Shown: positions 1 to 11,280, counted from the whole stretch's first letter. The stretch: 63,712 nt of DNA, filler included, from Lama guanicoe (GCA_013239625.1; 185 parts of 185 records of this genome joined end to end with filler, not necessarily neighbours in it); one strand, 5' to 3'. Numbers and translations: made by a program. Notes: generated from the letters alone by a model not told the origin.

Positions 1-130
1 TAGGAGATAGGTAGGTGAGGACTACACTATATATTTAATTTACAACCTTCCAAGCCAGAGGTGAGAGCTTTCCTGATGGAGGCGTACCATACATGGAGAC
101 CAGTCGCAAGATTTTAACTGTGTCTCTGCT

Positions 131-244
131 TATAGTGACCAACTGTCCTGGCTTGCCTCGGACTGAGGGAGTTCCCGGGCTCTAGGACTTTCAGGGCTAA
201 GACTGGGAGAGTCCTGACCAGTGTGGGACAAGCCGGTCACCCTA
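131..244. mobile_element. MER81-like hAT-Blackjack non-autonomous DNA transposon, full length
   Basis: 114 bp bounded by imperfect TIRs tatagtgacc...ggtcacccta; interior ggactgaggga...ggactttcag.gctaa matches the recalled MER81 consensus. Confidence 0.75.
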
Positions 245-689
245 NNNNNNNNNNNNNNNNNNNNNNNNNNNNNNNNNNNNNNNNNNNNTTAATTAATTAA
301 NNNNNNNNNNNNNNNNNNNNNNNNNNNNNNNNNNNNNNNNNNNNCCACACCCCCAGTGCCCCTTCCCAGGGGGCCCAGAGACCCTGTCTCACAGAGGGTC
401 TCCCTTCTCTAGGGTCTTGGCATCATCAGGAAACTGGAAGCTTTGGCAGCCCGAGGAGGGGTTCTCTCTGCGAAGCACCCCTCCCCACTGCTCTCTCTGA
501 GGCTTGGCAAACACCACCAAACCCAGATTTATCCAACCCAGCTCCCCTGGCACAGTGGTTGCCCTGGCACCTCGGGGGCCGTGTACCTCNNNNNNNNNNN
601 NNNNNNNNNNNNNNNNNNNNNNNNNNNNNNNNNTTAATTAATTAANNNNNNNNNNNNNNNNNNNNNNNNNNNNNNNNNNNNNNNNNNNN

Positions 690-752
690 CACTGGAATTT
701 GAGACAGCATTGTAAAATGACTATAACTCAATAAAAAATGTTCAAAACAAAG
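690..752 (+). mobile_element. LINE-1 3' terminus with A-rich tail
   Basis: cactggaatttgagacagcattgtaaaatgactataactcaataaaaaaa resembles cetartiodactyl L1 3' ends. Confidence 0.75.
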
Positions 753-1503
753 AGAAAGCTGAACACATGTGCACACACTCACACATACACATACATATTT
801 ACACACACACTCATACACAAAGAGTTAAAATAATTGGAAAAACGCAGTAAAGGGTATATTTAAAAATAGAATTTGCCTCTTCAAAGAAGTATGAGACATG
901 ATTAATCCACAACATAAATATCATGAGATATACNNNNNNNNNNNNNNNNNNNNNNNNNNNNNNNNNNNNNNNNNNNNTTAATTAATTAANNNNNNNNNNN
1001 NNNNNNNNNNNNNNNNNNNNNNNNNNNNNNNNNTGGACATTAGTTAAGTAGACAAGACACGTAGCTAGAGTCAGCACGGGGCTATGAAGAGAGCTAGCAA
1101 AGACAAGATGACATGTAGAGTACAGCAGAGTTTAAAGACAGAAATTCTGAGTCTGATGCTCTCACTGAGGCTGGACTTTTCCACCTCAAGCCAGTTGGGC
1201 ACAGGTTTTAGAAGATGCTCTCTTTGACCTCAACCAAAGGCACAGTGAATCCATTCCTCCATTAACCTGGGAGTTTTCNNNNNNNNNNNNNNNNNNNNNN
1301 NNNNNNNNNNNNNNNNNNNNNNTTAATTAATTAANNNNNNNNNNNNNNNNNNNNNNNNNNNNNNNNNNNNNNNNNNNNACTTCTTGTTTTCTGGACTCTC
1401 CCTCACCTGGGTGGGGGTCCCTTTTGGCAAAGAAGGATTTAAGATACAAGAAGGACCCAGATAATCCTGAGGGTTGAAGGTTGTCAAGGGAAAATGAGCA
1501 GCA

Positions 1504-1623
1504 GAGCTGACGTGTGGAGCTTACTATATGCCAGGGTCTGTGGGAAGCACTTTACATGTGCAAACCTGCTTAATCTCTCTTCAGACTTGGGAGGCAGCTA
1601 CTTTTATTACCCCATTTTACAGA
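1504..1623 (-). mobile_element. MIR SINE fragment
   Basis: gagcttactatatgccagg...gcactttacatg...ttattaccccattttacaga is the antisense MIR core. Confidence 0.8.
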
Positions 1624-2413
1624 NNNNNNNNNNNNNNNNNNNNNNNNNNNNNNNNNNNNNNNNNNNNTTAATTAATTAANNNNNNNNNNNNNNNNNNNNN
1701 NNNNNNNNNNNNNNNNNNNNNNNTGAAAAAAAACAAAGAAACTGAACTTTGTGGGCCCTTCACTCCTGTTCAATGCCAAGGCTGCACACCTGGAAAAAGG
1801 TGGAGATCATGATCTCAGATTCCATGCCCAGACAGACATGACCTGATGAACACAGGCTTCATTCCTGGCTGGAGAGCGGCCTAAGAAGACAGTGGGGTAG
1901 GGGGCATGTTCTCAAGGATTTGGCTGCTAAACAAATCACAAAGAACCATCACACAGGGTCAAAGGACANNNNNNNNNNNNNNNNNNNNNNNNNNNNNNNN
2001 NNNNNNNNNNNNTTAATTAATTAANNNNNNNNNNNNNNNNNNNNNNNNNNNNNNNNNNNNNNNNNNNNCTGGTCCAAAGCCACTCCTGCCACTTCCCAGA
2101 ACAGCAGCAGATCAAACACACTGGGTTCCTGGACTTCATTAGTGACTTATTTACTTCTCTTTGCCGGGCAGAAGTTTCCATTTAACTAGAGAAACCTTTT
2201 TTAAATTACACGTCCCTTCCACCAGCCACGTGGCTCAGACGCTGAGGAGAGATGGGCTTTGTCGGGATCCATGTGTCTCAGGACAACTTCCTATTTCAGG
2301 GCGCGGGGCCCCCNNNNNNNNNNNNNNNNNNNNNNNNNNNNNNNNNNNNNNNNNNNNTTAATTAATTAANNNNNNNNNNNNNNNNNNNNNNNNNNNNNNN
2401 NNNNNNNNNNNNN

Positions 2414-2658
2414 AGAGCAGAACCACCTCGGTCCCCCACAAATTACGAAAAAAGCAAAGCAACACTGCGGGTGTGGCCTGGCGGGGCAGGGCACTGTAGC
2501 CTTTGTCTCCTCAGACCTGCAGCGCCATTACTGGCGCTTCTCACAAGAAGAGAGGTGGGGAGCAGCCACAACCTCCATATCCTCCTGTGTGCAGCCCCCG
2601 GGCGGGGGCAGGGCTGAGACCTGAATCCGCACCAGGGGCTCCACAACCTCCCAGGCAG
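2414..2658 (+). mobile_element. Dispersed repeat shared with 61398-61642, probably lineage-specific LINE-1 5' UTR
   Basis: Colinear with 61398-61608 from aaaaaagcaaagcaaca to gagacctgaatcc..ggggctccacaacctcc..ggcag. The L1 5' UTR assignment is inference. Confidence 0.6.
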
Positions 2659-3105
2659 NNNNNNNNNNNNNNNNNNNNNNNNNNNNNNNNNNNNNNNNNN
2701 NNTTAATTAATTAANNNNNNNNNNNNNNNNNNNNNNNNNNNNNNNNNNNNNNNNNNNNAAATTCCTCGTTGCCTAACGTGAGGGCAGTGATCTTGCGGTG
2801 TGGAAACGGAGCAACAGTCACAGTGCCACCGACAAAGGCGGTGTGCGACACAACAGTTGAAAATATGGGTTCAAATGCCATATTGTTAAAATATCCTTCT
2901 AATGAGTACATTTATTTATTTAATTGAGGTAAAAAATCTGTTGTGTTTGTTTCGGTGCAGTGTTCACAACCCAAATGGAGCTGGCTGAATAAATTAATTC
3001 AGTNNNNNNNNNNNNNNNNNNNNNNNNNNNNNNNNNNNNNNNNNNNNTTAATTAATTAANNNNNNNNNNNNNNNNNNNNNNNNNNNNNNNNNNNNNNNNN
3101 NNNAA

Positions 3106-3348
3106 CTGGCAAAAACACTGGCTGCACAGATCGAAGAGAAGTGCCACCTCATTGACAAGCTTTATTTGGCTAAACAGGAGTGTGCCAAGATGGCGACAAC
3201 TGTAAAGAATGCCAGGCTAGAAAAGGAGCCAGTAAGTACACCCAGCCTCGCTGACACTTACAGAAAGTCGATGACTGTCAACCTGAGCTCGAGGAAGGAA
3301 ATCAATTTTCTCATCCGAGAACTGAAGAAAGAGAGATCCTTGCAGTCT
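3106..3348 (+). CDS. cTAGE5/MIA2-like coiled-coil coding fragment, intronless and open across the contig (retrogene or retrocopy, partial)
   Basis: 81 open codons LAKTLAAQIEEKCHLIDKLYLAKQECAKMATTVKNARLEKEPVSTPSLADTYRKSMTVNLSSRKEINFLIRELKKERSLQS align by eye to recalled cTAGE5 LALMLSGLIEEKSKLLEKFSLVQKE...LKDASFEKE...EILCLEKELKEEKSKHS. Confidence 0.75.
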
Positions 3349-3529
3349 NNNNNNNNNNNNNNNNNNNNNNNNNNNNNNNNNNNNNNNNNNNNTTAATTAA
3401 TTAANNNNNNNNNNNNNNNNNNNNNNNNNNNNNNNNNNNNNNNNNNNNTAACCAAACAAGTGAAAAAGAAATTAAAATGTTAGGAAAGGCAGTCTGAGGC
3501 ATACAGCCTTTCAACCTCTGCTCGGTCAC

Positions 3530-3692
3530 ATATACGGGTCTTGAGCTCCCCGTATATTCTGGAAATTATGCCCTTGTCAGTTGCATCATCTGCGAATATT
3601 TTCTCCCATTCCATAGGTTGTCTTTCATTTTGCTTATACTTTGCTTTGTTTTGCAAAAGCTTGTAAGTTTAATTAGGTCCCATTTGTTTAGT
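3530..3692 (-). mobile_element. LINE-1 ORF2 fragment
   Basis: tatattctggaaatta.gcccttgtcagttgcatcat...aatattttctcccattcc.taggttgtc...tttaattaggtcccatttgttt is typical antisense L1 ORF2. Confidence 0.9.
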
Positions 3693-4482
3693 NNNNNNNN
3701 NNNNNNNNNNNNNNNNNNNNNNNNNNNNNNNNNNNNTTAATTAATTAANNNNNNNNNNNNNNNNNNNNNNNNNNNNNNNNNNNNNNNNNNNNACCTGTAG
3801 GGACACAGGATCATCTTTGCTTTCAACCTGGCTGAGAGGCAAATTCAGTTAGCTACTGAAGGATGCTCTGACCCCTTGATGTTTTAAGCTGTGGTGGTTT
3901 ATGCACTTATGAAACCCAACGATCATGGAGGCAGTCCTTGCCTCCTGTGAGCTAAAGAAAGCTTCTGCTTGGCATGTTAACAAGTTATTCCACTGAAACT
4001 TTGTTTCCACATCAAGAATTAATCTCCCCTTTCTCTANNNNNNNNNNNNNNNNNNNNNNNNNNNNNNNNNNNNNNNNNNNNTTAATTAATTAANNNNNNN
4101 NNNNNNNNNNNNNNNNNNNNNNNNNNNNNNNNNNNNNACTCATAGCAAAGCTAAAATGAGAGAGAGACCAAACTCCCTACTTAAACACAAAAATTTGCAT
4201 CGACAGTGTGCTCCATCCAAATGGTAACTTTTCATAAAAGTCAAAGAATATATAAATTATCAAAAATTTCTTTTGTCAAGTGAACTCTACCCCCTACTCA
4301 CCACATTAGAAGAGGCCTAATTTCAATTCCTATGCTTTTAATATTAAGAATTCTAGGACACATTTGAAAGGTTATATAGTTTNNNNNNNNNNNNNNNNNN
4401 NNNNNNNNNNNNNNNNNNNNNNNNNNTTAATTAATTAANNNNNNNNNNNNNNNNNNNNNNNNNNNNNNNNNNNNNNNNNNNN

Positions 4483-4576
4483 CAGCAAGTGTTTATTGAG
4501 CATCTGCTGTGTGCTGGGCCTGGGGACACAGTGACACAAGCAGACAGAGCCCTTGCCCTCACGAGGCTTATAGTCT
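4483..4576 (-). mobile_element. LINE-2 3' end fragment
   Basis: tttattgagcatctgctgtgtgctgggc...gcccttgccctcacgaggcttatagtct. Confidence 0.75.
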
Positions 4577-5517
4577 GCTCCCGAGGCCTGTCCCCTGATC
4601 CTAGTCCAGGGCGCTTTCTCGCACTGAAATAGCACAGAGGACTTACCGCCATGGGCTTTGCTCAGACCCTCCGGGGAGTCAGTGAGCGGCACCGGGTGGC
4701 GCACCGGCCTGCGGAGCTGACTCAGGCNNNNNNNNNNNNNNNNNNNNNNNNNNNNNNNNNNNNNNNNNNNNTTAATTAATTAANNNNNNNNNNNNNNNNN
4801 NNNNNNNNNNNNNNNNNNNNNNNNNNNGCACGTGTGTAACAAAGAACTTTTCAGAATAAGTAACACTGCACTGGACAGCTGAATGATAAACAGGGGTTAG
4901 GGGTTAACTAGGCAAGGGCGAGTGGAGGGCGGGTCAGACAACACGGGCCAGATCTCTGTGGGGGATGGAGGCAGGAAACTGAAAGGATGCTCGTGGGGTT
5001 GGTGCTCAGAGGGAAGGACAGAAAGTAGCATTAGGCGAGGCTGGTGGAGGCTGGGGCCTTCTAGGACTTGTANNNNNNNNNNNNNNNNNNNNNNNNNNNN
5101 NNNNNNNNNNNNNNNNTTAATTAATTAANNNNNNNNNNNNNNNNNNNNNNNNNNNNNNNNNNNNNNNNNNNNGCATGACTGAGCTAGAATTTTCACTAAA
5201 TAATGTGAAGGGAGCCCAGATTCTGCAAGAAGCAGACGGACAAACTGTTAAGAGCTGTGATTTTTAAAGGACACGGTGTTCTCTTCCACATGCTTCATTC
5301 TCTTGAAATCAAATTGATCCACAGCCCAGTCCAGTTGTAAGTGATGAACACGGCTTGTAGCAAATTGTCTACTAGGTCTTCCAATCTTTTCCTCAAAAAG
5401 CCAATGATAACATCACCNNNNNNNNNNNNNNNNNNNNNNNNNNNNNNNNNNNNNNNNNNNNTTAATTAATTAANNNNNNNNNNNNNNNNNNNNNNNNNNN
5501 NNNNNNNNNNNNNNNNN

Positions 5518-5761
5518 ATATTCAACATTCTATATTCTATATTCTATGTTCTGCATTCCAATGTCTAAATTGTGGGTTCTGTATTCTGTATTCTATATTT
5601 TAAATTCTGTGTTTTACATTCTATAGTCTACATTTTATTTCTGTATTCTATTTTCTATATTCTGTGTTCTACATTCTGTTTTCTGTATTCTATATTCTAT
5701 ATTCTTTATTCTATATTCTACATGCTGTGTTCTGCATTCCATTTTCTAAATTCTGGGTTCT
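5518..5761. repeat. Degenerate heptamer tandem repeat (TATTCTA)n
   Basis: About 35 units of tattcta/tgttcta/tattctg fill the whole contig. Confidence 0.92.
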
Positions 5762-6896
5762 NNNNNNNNNNNNNNNNNNNNNNNNNNNNNNNNNNNNNNN
5801 NNNNNTTAATTAATTAANNNNNNNNNNNNNNNNNNNNNNNNNNNNNNNNNNNNNNNNNNNNACTAGAAGTTACTGTATATACATGATTCTTGATTCTGCA
5901 TTTCTTGGAATGTAGGTTAAAGACAAATGGAAATACCCCATTCATTTTATTGTTTATGTCTAGTTGAAGATAAAGAAAAAATCACGGGCACACAGAGAAG
6001 ACAAAGATATCAGAATCAGTGTAATTGCAAGCCACACAGGAACTGAGGGGCAGTTTTGGGATGTATTTTATACTTTAGGGAATAGGGTTTGAATCAGTCA
6101 TATCCANNNNNNNNNNNNNNNNNNNNNNNNNNNNNNNNNNNNNNNNNNNNTTAATTAATTAANNNNNNNNNNNNNNNNNNNNNNNNNNNNNNNNNNNNNN
6201 NNNNNNCCCTGGCCCTCTGCCCCCAAACTACTTGTAGTGTGTATTGTGGATGCAGCTCCCGCTGCAAAGCCAGGAGCACAGCTTCAGCACGTTCCCATTT
6301 TAAAAAGGCCATATTAATTTTGCTGTGGAAACTCAAAGTGAATTTAATGTTGACACGTAGGTTACTTCCTGTGTTCCCCCTCCCGCTTCTCCTCCTCCTT
6401 CTGCTTTCCCCTTCCTTCTCTGCTTCATGTTTATTCTGACCTCCTCTTCTTNNNNNNNNNNNNNNNNNNNNNNNNNNNNNNNNNNNNNNNNNNNNTTAAT
6501 TAATTAANNNNNNNNNNNNNNNNNNNNNNNNNNNNNNNNNNNNNNNNNNNNATTGGATTTTCTCTCTTTTTCCCCCAGGTGGCTAGCCAGATTCCTCAGC
6601 ACTGTTCATTGAAAAGTCTGTCTTTGTCCCCTGATCTGTGGGGCTGCCTGCATCACATACAGAATTGCTAGGTAGACATGGGCTTACCGGTGAACCATTT
6701 TAGTCCACTGGTCTGATCTTTTCATTCCTGTACCAGTCTCATGAAATATGTTTTAAGCTCACGCAAGCTGTTAGTAACCACATCCATCCCACACGCNNNN
6801 NNNNNNNNNNNNNNNNNNNNNNNNNNNNNNNNNNNNNNNNTTAATTAATTAANNNNNNNNNNNNNNNNNNNNNNNNNNNNNNNNNNNNNNNNNNNN

Positions 6897-7140
6897 AGAA
6901 CACAGAATATAGAATATAGAATGCAGTATACAGAACACAGAGTTTAGAACATACGATTCAGAACAGAAAATTTAGAATATAAAGTACAGAATACAGAATT
7001 TACAATGTAGAATATAGAATATAGAGCACAGAATATACAAAATAGAATACAGAATACAGAATATAGGATGAAGAATACAGAAAGAATAATACAGAATTTA
7101 GAACATGGAATGCAGAACACAATTTAGAGTATTGAATACA
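6897..7140. repeat. Degenerate heptamer tandem repeat (AGAATAT)n, reverse complement of the 5518-5761 family
   Basis: agaatat/agaatac/agaacac units fill the whole contig. Confidence 0.92.
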
Positions 7141-7240
7141 NNNNNNNNNNNNNNNNNNNNNNNNNNNNNNNNNNNNNNNNNNNNTTAATTAATTAANNNN
7201 NNNNNNNNNNNNNNNNNNNNNNNNNNNNNNNNNNNNNNNN

Positions 7241-7485
7241 GGGGCGGGCAGAGGGGTGGGCGCGCTCTACCGCCCTACCGCCAGGCCCCTCCCGGCCCGG
7301 GTGGCAGAGAACCGGACAGCGGGAGCCCCACCCCGAGCTTCCGCGCTGCGGGCGGGAGGAGGCGCGGACGCGCAGATGCCGGACCCCGCCTGGCGCGTGT
7401 GGAAGCCGGACGGGAGCCGGGCGCCCCTGGACCTGCTCCCGAGGAGGAACGCGGCTTGGGGTCTGGGCCGCCGCTTGCCGTCGCC
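7241..7485. promoter_or_regulatory. CpG-island fragment with GC boxes
   Basis: Very GC- and CpG-rich, with gggcgg motifs; gene not identifiable. Confidence 0.65.
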
Positions 7486-7930
7486 NNNNNNNNNNNNNNN
7501 NNNNNNNNNNNNNNNNNNNNNNNNNNNNNTTAATTAATTAANNNNNNNNNNNNNNNNNNNNNNNNNNNNNNNNNNNNNNNNNNNNCATTCTAATGTGATG
7601 CCTTCCAGCCTGGCCCTTCTTGGTGTTTGCCAACGGCTTGTGTCCCTCTCGGCGCCTGTCAGTAGAGGGCTCATGCTTGTTAGTCCCCATGCCCTGAATC
7701 CAAGCGGGGGGCCAGAGGTGGGGGGCGGCCATCTCTTGGAGGCGTCCCCGCACTGCCTGTCTGCGGGCTTCGTCCCATCCTCCTGGCACACTGGGAATTT
7801 TTCTCACCACCCTCTCCCCCGAGCCTGGTTNNNNNNNNNNNNNNNNNNNNNNNNNNNNNNNNNNNNNNNNNNNNTTAATTAATTAANNNNNNNNNNNNNN
7901 NNNNNNNNNNNNNNNNNNNNNNNNNNNNNN

Positions 7931-8173
7931 CTGGGGTTTCAGGTCCTGAATTTTGGGGGTCAGGTCTGTCCCATCACACACCACACGGATGTGCTTGGCC
8001 AAGTCCTTGGAGCTGCCCATTAGGAAGTTGGAGAAGGCTGTCCCAGCACAGAACATCTTGTTCTGATAGCAGCTGTTGAATTTCTCTGGGTTGGCCTCTC
8101 GAGACTTGTGAAACTCCAGGGTGACATGGGCATCAAAGCCCAGGCTGAAGTAGTTGTTGAAGACATCCAGAGG
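7931..8173 (-). pseudogene. DGKZ: Processed (intronless) copy of diacylglycerol kinase zeta, accessory-domain region
   Basis: Minus frame [81 protein letters not shown] vs recalled DGKZ ...[36 protein letters not shown].... No introns, substitutions at conserved sites; absent from the ORF track. Confidence 0.88.
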
Positions 8174-8620
8174 CANNNNNNNNNNNNNNNNNNNNNNNNN
8201 NNNNNNNNNNNNNNNNNNNTTAATTAATTAANNNNNNNNNNNNNNNNNNNNNNNNNNNNNNNNNNNNNNNNNNNNGCGGCTGCTCGTGTCGGGCTGCCCT
8301 TCGGCTTTGATTTTGTGACCCCGAGGCCTGGGCGGGCTTAGGGGTTGTGATACTGACACAGGCTGCCTTCAGCGTCGCCTCAGGCTGAGGGCTTCCTCGG
8401 TTAATTAGTTTAACCCCTGTTCTCCAGGCCCCTGGGCGAGAGGGGCAAGTTCACGGGGACCATCAGCCCCCCGTGGGAGGGGAGGGCGGCTCTGCGTGGA
8501 CGATGCTGAGACGGAGCCGCNNNNNNNNNNNNNNNNNNNNNNNNNNNNNNNNNNNNNNNNNNNNTTAATTAATTAANNNNNNNNNNNNNNNNNNNNNNNN
8601 NNNNNNNNNNNNNNNNNNNN

Positions 8621-8865
8621 TTCCATTACAGATGACAAGAAGATACTGAACACAGTTCCCTGTGCTCTATGTATAAACGATGTCTATCTAATTTATATAT
8701 AGTAGTTAGCATCTGCAAATCTCGATCTCCCAGTTTACCTCCCACCCACCTCCTTTCCCCTTTGGTAACAATCAGTTTGTTTTCTATGCCTGTGAGTCTG
8801 TTTCTGTTTTGCAAATAAGTTCGTGTCATTTTTCAGATTCCACACATAAGTGATCTCATATGGTA
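8621..8865 (-). mobile_element. LINE-1 3' UTR
   Basis: gttccctgtgct...tgtgagtctgtttctgttttgcaaataagttc...agattccaca.ataagtgat. Confidence 0.9.
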
Positions 8866-8965
8866 NNNNNNNNNNNNNNNNNNNNNNNNNNNNNNNNNNN
8901 NNNNNNNNNTTAATTAATTAANNNNNNNNNNNNNNNNNNNNNNNNNNNNNNNNNNNNNNNNNNNN

Positions 8966-9200
8966 TGCTAAAAAATGCTCATCATCGCCTCAGCCTTCAG
9001 TGAGTTGTAGGATGACATCAAAGATCACTGATCACAGATCAGCATAACAAACAGAATAATAGTGAAAAAGTCAGAAATGTTGAGAGAATTATGAAAATGT
9101 GACACAGAGACATGAAGAGAGCAAACGCTGTTGGAAAAATGGTGCTGATAGACCTGATTGATTCAGGGTTGCCTCAAAACTTCAATTTGTAAAAAACCAA
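8966..9200 (-). mobile_element. Internally deleted Tigger1 derivative (Tigger1a-like, TcMar-Tigger)
   Basis: agccttcagtgagttgta is joined directly to catcaaagatcactgatcacagatc...gctgttggaaaaatggtgctgatagac...ttcaatttgtaaaaaa, the antisense Tigger1 5' part. Confidence 0.85.
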
Positions 9201-9655
9201 AAAAACAAAANNNNNNNNNNNNNNNNNNNNNNNNNNNNNNNNNNNNNNNNNNNNTTAATTAATTAANNNNNNNNNNNNNNNNNNNNNNNNNNNNNNNNNN
9301 NNNNNNNNNNAGAACTTGTTGGCACTGGTACCTTAGGAATGAGAACGCTCTCTGAAATTCAGCAGGGGAAACACTGACATCTCCTTCAACAGCCAGGCTT
9401 GGTGGGGGCCGCACTCCGCCCTGGGCACCCACTTCTCCATCCTTACTGTATCTTAGGGAGGCTCTATGGTGGTCTAGAGAAGATGTGCAGCATTCCCCTG
9501 GTTGCCCAACCACATGGAGCTTCGGCTCCCACCCCTCATGCTGGGAGAGGAAGTCNNNNNNNNNNNNNNNNNNNNNNNNNNNNNNNNNNNNNNNNNNNNT
9601 TAATTAATTAANNNNNNNNNNNNNNNNNNNNNNNNNNNNNNNNNNNNNNNNNNNN

Positions 9656-9900
9656 TAAAGGGGATTGTTTCTTTACTTTCTTTTTCTGTTGTTTCATCAT
9701 TAGTAAAAAGAAATGCAACTGATTTTTGAATGTTAATCTTATACCCAGATACCTTGCTGAATTCTTTGATCAGCTCTTGTAGTTTTTGTGTAGACCTTTT
9801 AGAGTTTTCTATATATACTAACATGTCATCTGCATATAGTGACACTTTTATCTCTTCTTTTCCAATTTAGATCCCTTTTATTTCTCTCTCTTGCCTGATT
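9656..9900 (-). mobile_element. LINE-1 ORF2 reverse-transcriptase fragment (YADD), with in-frame stop
   Basis: [63 protein letters not shown]. Confidence 0.95.
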
Positions 9901-10000
9901 NNNNNNNNNNNNNNNNNNNNNNNNNNNNNNNNNNNNNNNNNNNNTTAATTAATTAANNNNNNNNNNNNNNNNNNNNNNNNNNNNNNNNNNNNNNNNNNNN

Positions 10001-10245
10001 GGCCGCCGGCAACGAACTGAACTCGGCTTCGGGCCCGGCGGCTCGGGGTCGGCGGCCGCGTCACGTGACGCGGCAGGCGGGGGCGCGCTCGGGAGCGAGC
10101 GTGGGAGCCGGGCCGCCTCGGGGGGCCGGGCGGCTGCGGAGAGGGCGGGAGCGCGCCCTCTGCTGGCGGGCCTGGCCGTCTTCCCTTGTCCCCCGCCTGG
10201 GGGTGCAGGGAAATGCCTTAGCCCGAGTGAAATGCTTGTTACAAT
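10001..10245. promoter_or_regulatory. CpG-island/promoter fragment with GTCACGTGAC E-box (10060-10069), GC box and CTCF-like motif (10153-10166)
   Basis: High CpG density; perfect palindrome at 10055-10074; the minus strand reads CCAGCAGAGGGCGC. Confidence 0.7.
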
Positions 10246-10345
10246 NNNNNNNNNNNNNNNNNNNNNNNNNNNNNNNNNNNNNNNNNNNNTTAATTAATTA
10301 ANNNNNNNNNNNNNNNNNNNNNNNNNNNNNNNNNNNNNNNNNNNN

Positions 10346-10590
10346 TTTTTTAAGGAATCTCCATACTTTCCTCCATACTGGCTGCACCAATTTGCATTCT
10401 CACCAACCGTGTACAAAAGTTCCTTTCTCTCCACATCCTCTCCAACATTTGTTATTTGTAGACTTTTCAATGATAGCCATTCTGACAGGTCAGGTGATGT
10501 CTCAGTGTGCTTTTGATTTACATTCACTGATGATGAATGCTGTTGAGCATCTTTTCATGTGTCTGTTGGTCACCTGTATGTATTCTTTGG
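10346..10590 (-). mobile_element. LINE-1 ORF2 C-terminal fragment
   Basis: ggctgcaccaatttgcattctcaccaac.gtgtac...ttctctccacatcctctccaacatttgttatttgtagac. Confidence 0.92.
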
Positions 10591-11035
10591 NNNNNNNNNN
10601 NNNNNNNNNNNNNNNNNNNNNNNNNNNNNNNNNNTTAATTAATTAANNNNNNNNNNNNNNNNNNNNNNNNNNNNNNNNNNNNNNNNNNNNTAAAATCCCA
10701 GCCTTTCCAAACCTCTTTTCCTTTTCACCAAGATTCACAATGTCTAGTGTATCAAGGACAGGCATAAGCTACTGCTTTGAATTTTTTTGGCTTCGTATTT
10801 TTACTGGAAAGTATCTTTTAACTCCTAAAGCACTGAGACTTTAATTTTAAATTTATCTTCAATTATAGAAGTAAAATCTTAAAATAAGACATTTTATCTT
10901 TAATTTCTTTGGCATTTTATAGCTGAATTCTTGACNNNNNNNNNNNNNNNNNNNNNNNNNNNNNNNNNNNNNNNNNNNNTTAATTAATTAANNNNNNNNN
11001 NNNNNNNNNNNNNNNNNNNNNNNNNNNNNNNNNNN

Positions 11036-11280
11036 GATAGTTAGTGATATTGAGCATTTTTTCAAGTGCCTATTGGCCATTTGTGTGTCTTCACTGGAGA
11101 ACTGCTTGTTTAGGTCTTCTGCCCAGTTTTGGATGGGGCTTCTTGGTTTTTATCATTAATTTGTATGAGCTGCTTATATAGTCTGGAAATTAAGCCCTAG
11201 TCACTCGCATCTTTTGCAAGTATTTTCTCCCGTTCTGTAGGTTGTCTTTTTGTTTTGTTTATGGTTTCCTTTGCTGTGAA
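11036..11280 (-). mobile_element. LINE-1 ORF2 fragment
   Basis: ttagtgatattgagcattttttc..gtgcctattggccatttg...tttaggtcttctgccca. Confidence 0.92.

Noticed and set aside
5572..5817. Hydrophobic YSIF-repeat ORF as a membrane protein
   Set aside because: It is a translation of the heptamer satellite.
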